A stretch of 64,000 bases of DNA. Origin: Amoebophrya sp. A120 (taxonomy: Eukaryota > Protista > Dinoflagellata). The notes under the pieces are model-generated. The model saw nothing but the letters and a program-made list of their open reading frames with translations, did not search any database and was not told the origin of the DNA. Positions 1 through 13,619 of this stretch are shown in pieces. Numbering within the stretch: position 1 is the first letter of the stretch; each line of letters opens with the position of its first letter. Location: NCBI GenBank assembly GCA_905178155.1, contig CAJINV010000001.1:4754747-4818746 (forward strand). The letters run 5' to 3'. The position numbers and the translations under genes were made by a program.

Positions 1-187
1 AGTTTGTGCTGCTGTTTGGGCAAAGAAGGCTGATTCTCTCATGCTGCTCTAGCAGCTCGAGATATGACCCCAGACAGGCTTACAATCGGCCTCACTTGCC
101 TGCTCTGCAACACACGTATTTCGCGTCATGCATTCGATGCATCACAAGTTTTTCGATTTTGTCAATTTCGATCCTGACACTCCCATA
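1..187. mobile_element. 3' part of an introner truncated by the window edge
   Basis: Contains TCATGC/GCATCACAAG motifs seen in the other introners and ends CCCATA; coding frame (GIPRYTFAPP) resumes right after. Confidence 0.6.
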
Positions 188-3100
188 TCGGGATCCCGCG
201 GTACACGTTCGCCCCGCCGACCTACTCCGCGGACGACATGGCCGCCGGACTGCAAAAATTCCACGAGTACCGGTTTCGCATCGTGTGCGTCGTGGTGCAG
301 TCCGCCACCGACGTCGTCGCCAACACGGAGACGCAGCAGGGCCAGAACTATCAAAAGGAAAAATCCCCCCTCCCCATATCGAAACGAAGTTTCTGATGCT
401 GGATTTCAATACACAAATCAGATTTGTCTTGCAGTAGAGGAATGCATGCATATGTCAAGCCTCAGTCGAGAGGTTTTGACGTAGGCGCCTCGCATGGCAA
501 ACGTGTATGCTCTAAGCCAAACAGCATCACAAACCGCCTGCAAAATGCGGAGCGCTTTCTGGACTTGCCTTCTTGCAAGACAGACAGGATTTGAGGTCGC
601 AAATGCGCATCGCAAATTTTGAGACGGATACGTTTTCGATATGGGGAAGGGGGATTTTTCCTTACGATAAGAACGCGGCCGAGGTGGTGGTGATCCGCGT
701 GGAGCGCGCGCCGCTGAAGGTGCTGCTGTTCCCCAGTGGCACGGAGTTCCCGCAGAAGGGGACCACGATGGCGCTGAACGCGCGGTTCACCATGGACCCG
801 GACTTGGAGGAGGTCTACCCGTGCCTGCTCGACCCCGGCAGTCTCGCCTGCAGCACGCTGCCCGACTTCGGGTACAGCGGTGACTTCACGTTTCGGTGCT
901 GGAAGGTGACCCCGGCGGTGCAGAACCAGGGGGCGGAGATCGAGGCGGGGGACACCGTGTGCCCGGGGAACAACTACGTGGTGAAGGATGTGAACACGGT
1001 TTGCGCCGAGGGCAGCGAGATTCTGGACGCGGTGATGTGCGAGACCGCGGCCAACGAGTGCGGCCCCTACACGTGGAACCCGGTGAATCCCGACAACCCG
1101 GGGGAGCTGGGCGGGTGCTTCTTCCGCACCAACGAGAACGACGTGCAGTACAACGGGTTCGCGGTCCGCACCATTGAGGACGGCATGGCGGACCGGCGCC
1201 CGATCTGCTGGCACCTGCCGACCGCCGAAGTGGTGACCACCACCCCCGCGGGCACGACGGAGGTGACGGCGAGCGGCACGACGATGAGCCCCTGCTTCAC
1301 GCTGAACCTGGGCCCCGGGGCGAGCCCGATATCAAATGCAAAAATGACTGGGTCTGGAAGGATGCGAATTTCTGCTGCGCATTTCACAACACACACAAAT
1401 CTCTCATGCATAGGCAGCAAAAGGTGCCCACTTCCTGTCGCCAAAAAGGAGGATTTGTCATGCGGATTGCGCATTGCGGAAGGTTCTCGAAATCTGTGCT
1501 GCTAGGGCAGCCACGACAGACCTTCTGTGTCATGCAAAAAGAGCATGACCTTCTTCCAGACCCAGACATATTTGCATTTGATACCCGAACGGGGTGTACC
1601 AAACGCTGACGAACGGGAACATCGACGACTTATGCAAAGAAAAAAGTGTTACAGTTACACATTGCGTTGCAAAACATGCAAGACAGGCGACCTCTGTCAT
1701 GCGCAAAAAGCTTGCGAGTCTCGTTTCGTGTGTGTTTTGCCTTATGATCTCTGCAACGCAAGTTTTCTCCGTCATGCGAGGCAAATTTGTGATGCTGAAT
1801 TCACTACAAATGTGTAACTGTGACACTTTTTTCCCGTGATACGACTGGAAGTTGCGCGACTACACGCAGAGCGACGTGTGCACCCAGAAAGGCGGGGAGA
1901 ACGTGCCTGGGCTGGAGATCGGGTACAGCGTGACGATCAACTATCCTATGTAAAAACGTCTCCACCCCAGAGTCGAGTCAAGATGGGGAATCGGCTAGAC
2001 AAATCCGCAAGTTTTGGCTGTTTTGCATGATAAGTTTGAATTCGTAGCCTAGTACTGTTTGAGGTAGTTCAGCAGTATCACAGATCTAGCCTATCTTGCT
2101 GATTGGAGCACAACAAATACCAAAACGCGACTAGATAATGCTTCTCATGGGGCTCCGCATCAGAAACATTTTCAGCATGCAGATTTGCATATACAAGTAT
2201 GGGGTGGGGACGTTTTTAAATACGATATCAACCAGGTCACGTTCAAGGGGGGCGACCCGGAGGCGATCCCGCCGGTCCTGCCGGAGTGCTTATCAAATGC
2301 AAATATGTCTGGGTCTGGAAGATTGGCAGGTTTGCCATGCTAGCTTGGCAGGACTCAACTCTGTTGTATTGCGTGGCCGCAATGAGGTTCTCTTGCCTGT
2401 CATGCAAAAACGCAGTGTCCCATGCGCAGCAGGCAACTCAGAACCATGGAAAAACTTGTCATGCTTGGCAGCGCATTGCAGTGCGCTCCCTATTCCCTTC
2501 CTTGCATCACAAGTTCCCAGACCCAGACATATTTGCAATGCATAGTGCTACTGCTACTACAACGAGGGGCTGCTGCTGGTGGAGACGAACAAGATGACCT
2601 TGTCCATGGGCGAGGAGTTCTACACCTTCCACGTCACCTATGCAAGTGCACAACTCCCCCTCTCCCTCATTTCTATGGCCTGAGCAGCAATACAAACAGA
2701 AACACATAGATTCGTGGAGCCTGAGCAACATGACAAGTTTATGCGCCGACTGTCGTACTGTTTGGACTTGTTCCAGAATTTGTCATGCAAAAAGTGCTAC
2801 AAGGCAGCAACTGGATTTGGGATTTCGCATTACAAATGAGGGAGAGGGGGACTTGTGCAATGTCATATCACCGCGGTCCACGAGGACGGGCGGCGCGGCA
2901 CGGACACGGTGGACGTGAACATCGTGGACCGGATCGTTTTGCAGGTGTTTTTGAAGGAAGTGAAGCTGGACCCGGATCTGGCTTTGCTACCGCTGACCTC
3001 CGTGTATCAGGATGTGGTGCTGGAGGGGTCCATATCAACTGTAAAAATGTCTGGGTCTGGAAGAATTCATGTTTGTCATGCTTGTCTGGCATGACTCTTA

Positions 3101-6100
3101 AGTCTGTCATGCACGTTACCCCAGAGCTCCGTTTTTTTGTGATGCAGAAGCGCAGTTTGTCATGCAGAATAGGCAACACCTAGGAACTCAGAATCTTGTC
3201 ATGCTGAGCCAGCATTTGTAGCCTCGTCATGAGACGCCACCCAGCATCACAAGTTTCCAGACCCAGACCACATTTTTACATTTGATAGTCCATCACCCGG
3301 GACCCGAATTTGGACGGCGCGATCTACGAGTACCGCTGGGAAATTTACAAGAAGCAGTCGGGGGGCAATGTGTACGTGACCGAGTGGAAAAACGAGACGG
3401 ACACCTTCACCTGGGACGACCAGTCGATTATTGAGTGGGACGCGAGCCGCACCAGCCGCATCACCTTCCATTTGGATCCCAACAGCAACGAGCGGCCGCT
3501 GTCGACGCAGCTGCAAAAATCCACCAGCTACAAGATGATTTTTCACGTCACCGCGAGAGTGCCAGGCGGGCAGTACCAGGGCACGTACTTCGGCAAGGCG
3601 CAGCGCGTCGTGCACACCGCGCCCGGGCCGCCGATTCGCGGCGGCTTCACCGTGAAACCGCAGGCCTACACGTTCCCCGACGACCTGCTGACGAACGCGG
3701 ACTTCGGCCGGATCCCGCACAGCAGCCCGATCACCTACGAGTTCGACGCGCCGCAGTGGCGCGCGGACAGCACGGGGAGCAACATGGACGCGGACCTGAG
3801 CTACAGTTTCGGGTTCACGCCGGTCCAAAAGGACGGGACCGCGGCGGCCACAATCTGGCAGGTGGAGGACCAGAGCAGCACGTACTTCGAGGTGAACGCG
3901 CACCAGGTGGCGTACGACGGGCAGGACACGCTGATCGCCAACCTGAAGGTGTGCACGGTGTACAAGGTGTGCGCCACGGGCGAGGTCACCATGGCCATGA
4001 ACTACAACGACCAGGCGACCTACGAGGAGATCAAGTTTGCGCTGCTCGGCGACGGCCTGTCCGCCGTGGACCCGCAGAAGGTCGTGGCCGCGCAAATCAC
4101 GGCGGACGGCATCCAGGGACGCCTGACCCCGGACCAGTACGATGAGTTGCAGGGCGACTTCCGCGACAGCGTGAAGAGGTTTGACTTTGGCGGGATGGAC
4201 ACGGCGGAACTCGGGTCGGCACTGCAAGCCACCAGCTCGGCGACGGGCAGCGTCGCCGGCATTGAGGACCAAAGCGAGAAAAACGCCCAGATCTCGGATT
4301 TGCTCGACACCACAGGGTCTGCGATGGTAAAGAGTGGTAGATGTGATCATATTTTTTGAATTTTTTTGGATTTCTTGCTAGGTAGGCATCAGCATCTCGA
4401 ACACGCATCCATGCGCTACAGTTCTTGGGGAATGTTTCTGATGTTCATTTACAGGATTCCTTCCTAGCGGGGCCGATCTCCGCGGACGGCGCTCGCGCGC
4501 TGATCGACGTGTTCTCCAACATTCTCTCGGCAACGGGCGGCCAAGGCGATGCGAGCGGCGTGAGCCCTAGGCGACAGCTTGGCGTTGTCAAGTTACTCAG
4601 TGAGTATGAAGATGAATTTGGCGATATCAACGTGAAAAGTGCTCCCCACCACCAAAGTTGCGAAACTTTGTGATGCGAAGTTTTCAAATGAAAACTTTTT
4701 GTCATGCATGAAAGGAGTATGAATCTTTCTGATGCAGATTCTAGTCGTGTTTCGCATCGCTTGCATGACAAGCACCGCTCTTGCTGGGATCTTTTGCAAT
4801 ACAAATTTTTGCTATTCACGATCGGAAATCTGTGATGCTGATACATGCAAGAGGGCGAATGTTTCATTTGGAAAGGTTTGCAATACAAATGCTTTCAAGT
4901 TCGGGGGTGGGGGCATTTTTCAATGTAATAGGCGAGGACTTGCTGGAAACTCTTGAAGATGCGGTGAGACGGGAGGAGGCAGACGCAAGGCGGCGCCTCG
5001 GCTTGCAGAAAGGAAGTTCGTCGTCCGACGAAGAGGACCACAACCTAGATGAAAAGGAAACGCGGGATGAAAAGCTGACCTACAGGACCAGCAAGGACTA
5101 CGACCTGTCGCAAGCCTCAGAGACGGAGATTCGCGAGCTGCACGCAGATGTCGCGAACGTGTTAACTCCCACGGAAATCGCCGATCTTTTCAGTGGGAGA
5201 CACCTAACTCCATCTTCCGGGGGACGACAGCAGCTGCAAGGGGCTCATACACCGGGAAGTACTATTCCTGCTGATCATGCTACTTCCACAGTCTCCTCGG
5301 GTACTAGCAGCAGAACAACTTCTGCGACGAACTGGTACCAGAGCGCCACCGTCGAGCGGGGGCCGAGCGTCGGGAACGCGGGCACCAAGGAGCAGGACTG
5401 GCGGATCGCCGAGAAGTACGGCCGGAGGTACTCGCGGAAAGAGTTCGAGAAGCGCCTGCGCATTCTGAAACGGCTCGACGAACTGCACTACTACATCCCG
5501 GCCTCGGTCGCCGACGGGGCGGTGTTCGGGCGGCAGGCGTGGGAGAAGTTCCGGCACGCGACGCCCCGGATCTTATCAACTGCAAAAATGTCTGGGTCTG
5601 GAACAAAGCAACTTGTGATGCGCATTTCACAACACGGAAAAATCTCTCATGCATATCAGGCAGCAAAAGCTCCCCGCTTTCTGTCACCAAAATGGGGCAT
5701 TTGTCATGCGGATTCGGCATTGCGGAAGCTTCTCGAAACCTGTGATGCTAGAGCTTGCATGCCAGACCTTCCCTGTCATGCAAAAGCAGCATGACTCTTC
5801 CAGACCCAGACATATTTGCAATCCATAGATCTCCCCGGGAAGCTACTTGATCTCCGACACGGCCATGCGTGCGTTGGAGCGGGCAGAGACCAAGTCGGGA
5901 GAATTTGGGTCCCCTCTGGTAACGCACCGACCGAGGAAACGAGCCGGGTTGAACCACGAGCACCCACCGCCCCGGCAGCTGTTCGTGCAGAAGGGTCTGT
6001 CAAGTAGCGGCTGCGACTTTTGCGGCGTGTACCACACCCCGTTTCCGCTGACGGATGCGGTTACCGGGAAGTACGAGCCGTACGCTGCGTACGGCGAGCG

Positions 6101-9100
6101 CGACATGAAATTTCTGATGGAAAAGCCGTTGGTGGTGGACGATTACACCGGGGAGGTTAGGGACTCCGCGTTCACGCTGACGTGGAACCGCACCCATTCG
6201 GTCTACCAGATCGTGGACGCGCGGCGCAGGAGGATTGTGGCGCAGACGACAAACACGCTGGCGACGCGGGACGGAAAGCGAGTTCGCCTTCTCAGTGCGG
6301 ACGATTTGATGAGTGCTAGAAGCAGTAGAAATAGCACGAGTAGATCTTCGACTTCTTCGCAAGAACAATCCTCTAGTACTTTTTGGTCCATCTTCGGCGC
6401 AACCAGTTCTACAGAAGACGTGGAAGACGATCCCACAGCAGTTGCTGCAAGCAGACGAGCGCTTGTCTCCTCCCCGGCGCGCGAAGCGGACAGCACGCTC
6501 GGTGGGCCCTTGCTTCTCCGGCACCCAGAGGCACTGGAGTGGGCTCCGGCATTCGTGAAACTGCGTGCTGTGCCGGCGGTAATCCACGAATGTCCGTCGA
6601 GTTTCTGCGACGATGTCGGCCTACTTTGCTTCACGGGATCCTTTCGTGCCCAGCGGGTCGGCGGCCCGGTCTGGGGAAAGGAGCACATGCGGTGGCAGTG
6701 CTGCGGCGAGAAAAACCCGGAGACGCTGTGCAATCAACCGCCTTGCTGGTTCGCTCAGAAGTGTCCCCGCCCGAAAGAAGAGGTAAAGAAGGAGTTCGAG
6801 AAAAAGCAGCGCACGCAGCTCCGCCAGCTGCGGGCCGAGGTTTTGCAACACCGCAGCCGAACGGCGAGCTCACGCGAGGGCTCGTTGACGGACCTATTGG
6901 CAGGAGCACCTACAAGTCGTAGAAACGCGGAAAACACCAGGGCGAATAAAGCTGCGTCTTCAGCATCTTCCACCTCCTCTAGTTCATCTCCGCTCGAGAA
7001 CACCAGTATGTCGCGAAAACTGCAGGCCCGGGACGAGCGGCGGCGTCGGTTGGAGGAAGCGATTTTCACGCAGGAGTACCAGGCGCAGGAGTACAGCCGC
7101 GGCGACCGCGAAACGTGGTTCGACCGGTGGATGTGCGACGAGGCCAGCAGGAACACGACGGTGGGGCGGATGTGGAAGAAGTTCAATTGGACCATCGACA
7201 ACGCGCCGATCTCCTTTGCCGACCGGGCTCGCGCCTACGAACTCTACCACAGCAGTCCGCAGAGGCAACTGCAGATGGCGGGCGCTTTGATGCTGGACCA
7301 AACGACGATTGACCAATACGGCCAGATCTCTTTCGTCGAAAAGTACGAACTCCCGCTCCTGCGGGACGCGAAGCGCATGAACCTGCAAGAGCAGATCGGG
7401 TTGCAGACGGCCACGCTGGTCGACGCGAAGAGCGAGATCGAGTACAATTCGCTGGACCCGGCTTCGGCCGCGGCCTTCCGAGCGGACGACGCGAGCAAAC
7501 TGCTCGCGGAGCGGCGGAACCAAATGGACACGCGGCGGAACATCTCGCAAGCGATGACGCGATTGAGTCTATCAAATGCAAAAATGTCTGGGTCTGGAAG
7601 GATCCAAACTTGTCATGCTATCTTTGGACTCTAAAAAAATCTGTATTGCATGACCAGGAAGAGGAGCGCAGATTGTGCTACGTGGAGAGGGCATTTGTCA
7701 TGCGGAATAGGCATCAGGAAAAGATCTGTGATGCTAGGCCGTGCATTACAGACATCCTGGGTCATGCAAAACATGCGTGACAAGTCTCAGAATCTTCCAG
7801 ACCCAGACATATTTGCATTTGATAGAGTCTGTACCGGGACAAGCTTGTCCGCGCCTTAATCCCCACGCTCGTCGTGAACGCGCGACAGCCGCTGAGTTTC
7901 GACACCACCTCGTTCACGATGGACGTCGGACGGCAGACCAACATGAGCGCGGTCAGTTCGGCTTTCGTCTTCCCTTCCGAGTTCATCGTGCCCAACGATT
8001 CCCCGCCCGAGAGGACGGCGACCAACAACGTGACCGCGCTGGCGTATCAGTTCATACGCTACAAAAACAACATTTACTACTGGAGCCCTTCGAACCCGAA
8101 GAGCCAGGAGTCGGCGGTGATCACGCTCCTGATGTTTTACGCGGACGCCCGGGAGTATCCGGTGTGCGTTGCCGGCAGTGGGTGCAACGAGGGCAACGAA
8201 TTCATCCGCGTTTTCGCGGACTACCAGGTCTACAGTTCCGGAGTGTGCTTGATTTGGGACCGATTCTTCCCCGACACGGCGGGCGGGGCGTGGAATGGCC
8301 GCGACATTATAAACGACGGGAACGGGTGCTTGACTCTCACGCTCGGCGACATCGGGTTCTTCGTGGACGGGCGCCCGTCGCACATCTACTCTTTAACCGA
8401 GGCCAGCATTTTCCCTTTAAGCCGGCTGGTGTCCCGGACAAAGCTGAGCACGTTCGCGACGCTGATCATCCTGCTTTTGTTGAATTGGATGCTGGTTTTT
8501 TTAGGGTACAAGCAGGACGAGAAGGTGCGCAGCGAGCAACGACAGGGGGTTCGGCCGTACGTCAGTTATCATCTCGACGGCGATGGCATCCACACGCCGC
8601 TCACGTGCGAGGACCCGATCGCCTACAAATTCGCGGAGGACAGAAATCAATTATTCGTCAAAACGTTCTGGAACGTGATGAAGCGCGAGCATTTGGCGAT
8701 TGGCCCGCTGTTTTACCACGAGACTTTCACGCGCCCGCAGCGGCTGCTCTGTACCATGACGCTGATCCAGGGGCTGTTGGCGTTGAACGCCGCGGTGTAC
8801 GGGAATCCCAACGCGCTGGCGAGTGCGGACCAGTACGTGATTAGCGGGATTCTGTCCGCACTGTTGATGTTCCCCGTCTACTGCGTCTTTTTACTCCTCT
8901 TCTCGCAAAGGCCCACCCCGGTGAAGCGACGGATGATCAAGCGGCGGGCCATGAACCGGGATTTGGACCTGATCAACGCCGAGAAGGAGAAGTTGATCGC
9001 CCAATCCAGTATGCTACCGGCGTCCGCTCTGACGCAGCTGTCCGGCGGTCGGGGCCAGGCGTTGCCGATCGGAAATCTCGCGGCGCACAACGAGAACATG

Positions 9101-12100
9101 TCACTTTTAGCGCTACCGCCCCCGATCGCGTCGCCCAGCGTGGTCGGGCGGTCGGGACAACTGGCGCTGCCCGGTCCGGGCCCCGGGGGAAACCCGCCGG
9201 CGCCCAAGTACCCGCCACCCCCGGGGTACGCAAAGGCGTTGCCGCCGCCCCAGGAGTTGCTGCCGCCCATCTACTTCAACAAGGCAGGCATGCCGCAACT
9301 CCCCGCGCTCCCCTCGTTTGAGCCGCAGGCGAAGGCCGCGACGCCCCCGGCACCGCCGGGCGTGGGAGGCGGAGGTGGCACACCGCTGGGCGGAATGCGG
9401 GCGATCTCGCCGCGGCAGGCCAAGCCGCCCCCGCCGGCGCTGTTGCCGCCCGGTGCCGGTAGTCCAGCGGTTCCCCCCGGGCCGCCGCCCGCGGCGGAAG
9501 GGGCGCACAACGCTCCAGAGGACTTCTCCGCAGACGAGTCTTCGTTCAGCAGCGACAGTGAAGAGAACGGCGAGAACTATCGCAATCCAGAGGGAGCGGT
9601 GCCTTATCTCTTCTCGGAGGACGAGATTTCGAATTTCTCCGGTAGTGAAGAGCGAGGGAATTCATTCTCCTCAACGACTGGGAGAATAAGGCGTGGTGAG
9701 TCCTCAGCGCACAGCGAAGCTGCGTCTGTGATCGATCGGGAAGATGCGGAGGAGAGAAGTTCCTCTTCATCCAGGAGCCGGCGTCGGCATTTTCAGGAAG
9801 GGCAACACGAAATGGCGCCGCCACCACCCCCGCCACCTGGTGGTACATTCATCTTTTGCGTTTGATTTATTTCCCTTTCGGAGATTTCTGAAATTCTGAT
9901 TACCGCCGAAAAGTGCACCAGTTTCCGCACGAAACTATGTTGAAACCCATTCGAAAATAACCTATCAGGTCCACCGGGTGCGCAGCGCCCGCCGCCACCT
10001 CCGCGCCCGCCAAATTTGAACCTGTCGGGTAATATGCCAGCGATGCCAACGTACGGATCCTCCTTCGAGCCCAAAACGCCGTCGATGCCCCCACCATCCG
10101 CCCGGGGATTCTTACCGGCAACTCCAAAAGGCCTGCCGCCCATTATCCCGTTCGGTACGATGCGGCCGGACACGCTGATTCAGCGCGGGCAGCCACCCGC
10201 CTTCCACCCCGCGCCCTTCAGAATGCCGCCGCCACCAGGCATGGGCGGCATGGGTCGACCGCCTCCGCCGGCCGGACCGGGGGCTTTGACCGGATATGAG
10301 TTGGCGCTTCCTGGTCCGCCTGGAGCGCCGCCGGGTTCAGGTAAGATAAAGATTTGTTGTTTCGATTTCGCATGCCTGAAAGTACGGTACAATGCCGAAA
10401 AAATGCTCGCGCAGCTGAAGATTATGTAGAAGATGATGAGATCAGCGAAAAGAAACGCGCCACACTACGTACAAAATGACTCTAGGATTTCCACCAGGAG
10501 CACCCCCACCTGGTGCTGGAGCTGCTCCAAGCGTGACCGGTGTGCCCCTTCCGCCGCCGCCACCCCGGGAGGACGATTCCGCGTTCGTCCGGAGGGTACG
10601 GCTGATCTACATGGACCGGGTCATGCGCGAGCACCAGAAGCAGGAGCTCCTGGAATTGGACGCGGTGGGCAGGCCCATACCAAATTGGGTGTTCCAGCTT
10701 TCCACCATAATGCCCTACATGACCTCCGCAGTCTTCGTCCTCGGCTGCATCTGCGTCATCATGATTTACGCCATCAAGTTCGATTCGTGGCAGGAGGAGC
10801 ACTGGTACTTACAGCTATTTTCAAAAAGATAAAGAACATACCGCGAGCGATTTTCGTTGTGTCATGCTCATGTGGATGTGCGCCAGACCATCGTTGATAG
10901 AAATCTACTTCACGACTACAATCTTGTGAAGTCCGTACCGGCCTTCTTTTCAGAGAATCTTTGATGAAACGACACGACTATCAAAAGGTATTACGCGTGC
11001 ATCATTGGGTTTTTCATGGTGGTGTTTCTCCTCGACGTGATTCGCGCGGCCGTAATTACTGTGGTGGAACTCCGCAAGTTCGAGATTCGTAAGCGGTCAA
11101 AAGCAGGGGAGTTTGTCGTGCGCAGGGTGCAGAAGCAGGACGACCACGACAGTTTACCCGGTATCTTGAAGCCGAAACCAAAGCACAAGGCATCCGCAAC
11201 GCCGGCGGCCCCGAAAGTGGCACCAAAATTCGCCAATATGGAACGACCACGATTTTTACCAGAGCCACCAGGAGGGGCGCCCATGATGGGAGGGACTTAT
11301 GGTAAAAGCGATGAATATGTACGGTCTCGTTCATCTGCTCGGGTTGCCTGTTGCTTCAAGTTGGATGCAGCTCTAGTCTACTTAAGTGAGGAACAATGAT
11401 CGTTGCGCTCGCATGCAATTGTAACTTGAAAAAATTAAGAAACCGTACCATTTTACAACAGATTCTTCTTTTCGCACGACCGGTGGTGGGTCCCCGCCTC
11501 CCCCTCCGATAATGCCGCCTCCTGGGATAAGCGAGTGTCAACATGTGGGAAAGCGTAAAACGTGAAGAGACTTGAATCTCAAAGAAGTTTTGTGTTCTTG
11601 CATGTGATCTGATCTGCAGACTAAGTAATACAAGCGTTGGCAGGTTTATTTGCACCAACCAGTTGCATTTTTTGTGAGGAAGAAACAGTGCGAGTAAGTA
11701 GAAATTTCACACTACTTAGCGATTTTCCAGTTCTTGGCGCTTCCATACGGGAACCGCACACCGCCGCCACCGGGTGCACGGACGCCGCCGCCCGGAACTC
11801 CCGGGCGCAGAACGCCACCGGGCGGCCGGGGGCCCAATGTGCCGTTCGGGCAAGCCTCTCCGATGACACGCAAGCAGGCCGGAGACGTCTCCCCCGCGGG
11901 CTCCAACTTCAGCCAGACGCTCCAGGAGCGAAGGGCCATGGGACACAGCACGACCAACGCATCGCAAACTGCTCCGGGGGGTGGATTCCCCAAGTAAAAG
12001 TCCTCAGATAGATTGAGATCGAGTTCTTAACTGTTCGTCATCTAGTCAGCTAGGTAAAGTTCATCGTGTTTTTCTTTCGTCTATTCGTATTCATGCATTC

Positions 12101-12276
12101 GCATTTTAAGTGCAACATCAACATCAACACATCTCAGACCGCCACCGGTTCCGTCTAGTTCGACGAGCCCGAGGTCGACAACCCCGCCCGCCTTCCCCCG
12201 TGGGTCTCCGGTTCCAGGCGGGTCCGCTGTCAACCGATCTGGCTCCAGAACGCCACCGCGAACACCACCTAAATAG
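188..12276 (+). CDS. Polycystin-1/REJ-like multi-pass membrane protein, 5' truncated, multi-exon
   Basis: Frame is continuous after removing 10 introners and GT-AG introns (4327-4454 or -4421, 9843-9968, 10341-10485, 10805-10987, 11302-~11461, 11994-12137; 11530-11730 unresolved). REJ-like segments (YTFHVTAVHEDGRRG; DPNLDGAIYEYRW), GPS-like CLIWDRF...W...GC, a TM helix, PKD1-type motif HLAIGPLFYHETFTRPQRLLCTMTLIQGLLALNAAVY, further TMs, Pro-rich regions; TAG at 12274-12276. Confidence 0.75.
349..669. mobile_element. Introner family B (321 bp), TSD AGAAC
   Basis: TATCAAAAGGAAAAATCCCCCCTCCCCATATCGAAA ... TTTCGATATGGGGAAGGGGGATTTTTCCTTACGATA; join reads QGQN|AAEV. Confidence 0.93.
1330..1583. 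mobile_element. Introner family A (254 bp), TSD CCCGA
   Basis: TATCAAATGCAAAAATGACTGGGTCTGGAAG ... CTTCCAGACCCAGACATATTTGCATTTGATA; join reads GASP|NGVY. Confidence 0.95.
1631..1841. mobile_element. Introner family C (211 bp), TSD CGACT
   Basis: TATG..AAAAAAGTGTTACAGTTACACATT / AATGTGTAACTGTGACACTTTTTT..GATA; join reads IDD|WKLR. Confidence 0.92.
1942..2227. mobile_element. Introner family D (286 bp), TSD TCAAC
   Basis: TATC..TAAAAACGTCTCCACCCCA / TGGGGTGGGGACGTTTTTA..GATA; join reads VTIN|QVTF. Confidence 0.92.
2291..2544. mobile_element. Introner family A (254 bp), TSD GTGCT
   Basis: GTCTGGGTCTGG TIR; join reads PEC|YCYY. Confidence 0.95.
2639..2867. mobile_element. Introner family E (229 bp), TSD TCACC
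   Basis: TATG..TGCACAACTCCCCCTCTCCCTCATT / AATGAGGGAGAGGGGGACTTGTGCA..CATA; join reads FHVT|AVHE. Confidence 0.92.
3033..3287. mobile_element. Introner family A (255 bp), TSD GTCCA
   Basis: GTCTGGGTCTGG TIR; join reads LEGS|ITRDPN. Confidence 0.95.
4625..4930. mobile_element. Introner, family B-related (306 bp), TSD GGCGA; can be read as a GC-AG intron (4621-4931)
   Basis: TATCAACGTGAAAAGTGCTCCCCACC / GGTGGGGGCATTTTTCAATGTAATA; right end nearly identical to that of 21904-22224; join reads EFG|EDLL. Confidence 0.92.
5574..5827. mobile_element. Introner family A (254 bp), TSD GATCT
   Basis: GTCTGGGTCTGG TIR; join reads TPRI|SPGSY and links ORFs 4781 and 5847. Confidence 0.95.
7570..7824. mobile_element. 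Introner family A (255 bp), TSD GAGTC
   Basis: GTCTGGGTCTGG TIR; join reads RLS|LYRDK and links ORFs 5847 and 7874. Confidence 0.95.
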
Positions 12277-13619
12277 GTTGTGGTAAATCTCAGATGAAGA
12301 AAAAAATGCAAAAAATGTTCAAGTGAAACTTCAGCGGAGTACCTTTCAACGTTTGAGTTTCAGGTTCAGCTTTTCAATCACTGTGCTTGTCAAAGGAATA
12401 CGGTCGTCGAGGCCCAGAGGCAAAAAAGCCACGACGAGATTCTGTCCCATCGAAAATAAATGGCTTCAGTTTTAATACAAAGTTTCACCGTGGTACAGTA
12501 TCTTCCAATCAATTTGCAAATCAATTTTAGAAACGTCTGCAAAAGATGGAGTTCTTATGATTCAGTTGACATTAGCGTGGTCTAAAGCGTAAAACAAGCT
12601 GTCTCACTTTTGGATTTTTCTTTGTCATATGCAATTCGACTTCTAGGAAATAGAAGAAGAAAGCCTGGTAGTCGTGGTGGCTGTAACTTTGCCACGAAGC
12701 AGAGCAGTCCATCCTCAACCTCAATTTATGATTGAACCAAAACTATTTCTCAGATGGAAGTCTTAATCTCATACACGAATAAGTTGACAAGTGGCGTAGA
12801 AGGTATTCATTGATTTAGTGTCTTTACTTTTTACCGCTATTAACTCCGCTAGAAAGAAACTGAAACTTCGTGGAGGCAAACTCTAGTTTCAGAAGAAGCA
12901 TTGCATGAATTTTACTCACAGCAGAAGCTCGATGATGCGCGAACATCCTCTGCAGCCTGCTAGAGCAACGATATCTACGTGATGTGCTATTATCCCGAAA
13001 AGAACGAAAAGCATCAAGCCTGCAAAACGAATAGAAACGTCGCTTTTAGATGTGTAGTAAGTAACTGAAGATGATGAAGAGAAAACTGCGGGAACAGACC
13101 GCGCCTGATTTTTTGTGTTAAGTCAGTGTGTGTCGTTGAAGCTTTCGTTAAATTTCCACAGAAGTTCTTGGAGTCTCTTTTGTCCGTATCTTTTGTACGT
13201 TCATCGTGGTGCGTTCTGCTTATAGTCGTGTGTCGTACTTTTTTGTGTCGCGTCTTTCGTCCAGAACCAGATGTCGTCCAGAATTCGTGCTCAAGAACTC
13301 AACATCGAACAACCGTCCATGTCCGTGTGTTTCTGCAAGAGCAACAACACAGCGCACCAGCCGTAGCGCCATCGTGTGTATGGCGAATTCTTTCGTGAAG
13401 ATTTACCTTGCAGTGAGCTTCACAACCTTCTCAGGTCTCAGCTCAGTCTGAACTAGTGGACTTTGATTGATCGTCACGTACCCCGTGCTACTTTCAATTC
13501 GCTAAATTTAAATTCTTTGCGATTTCGTGTTTGACGACACTTTATCCAGGATCTGTTTGTATCCATTTACATTTCCAACCACTTGCGCTTCACTTGTAGA
13601 AAACTAAGTCTTCTTCAAG

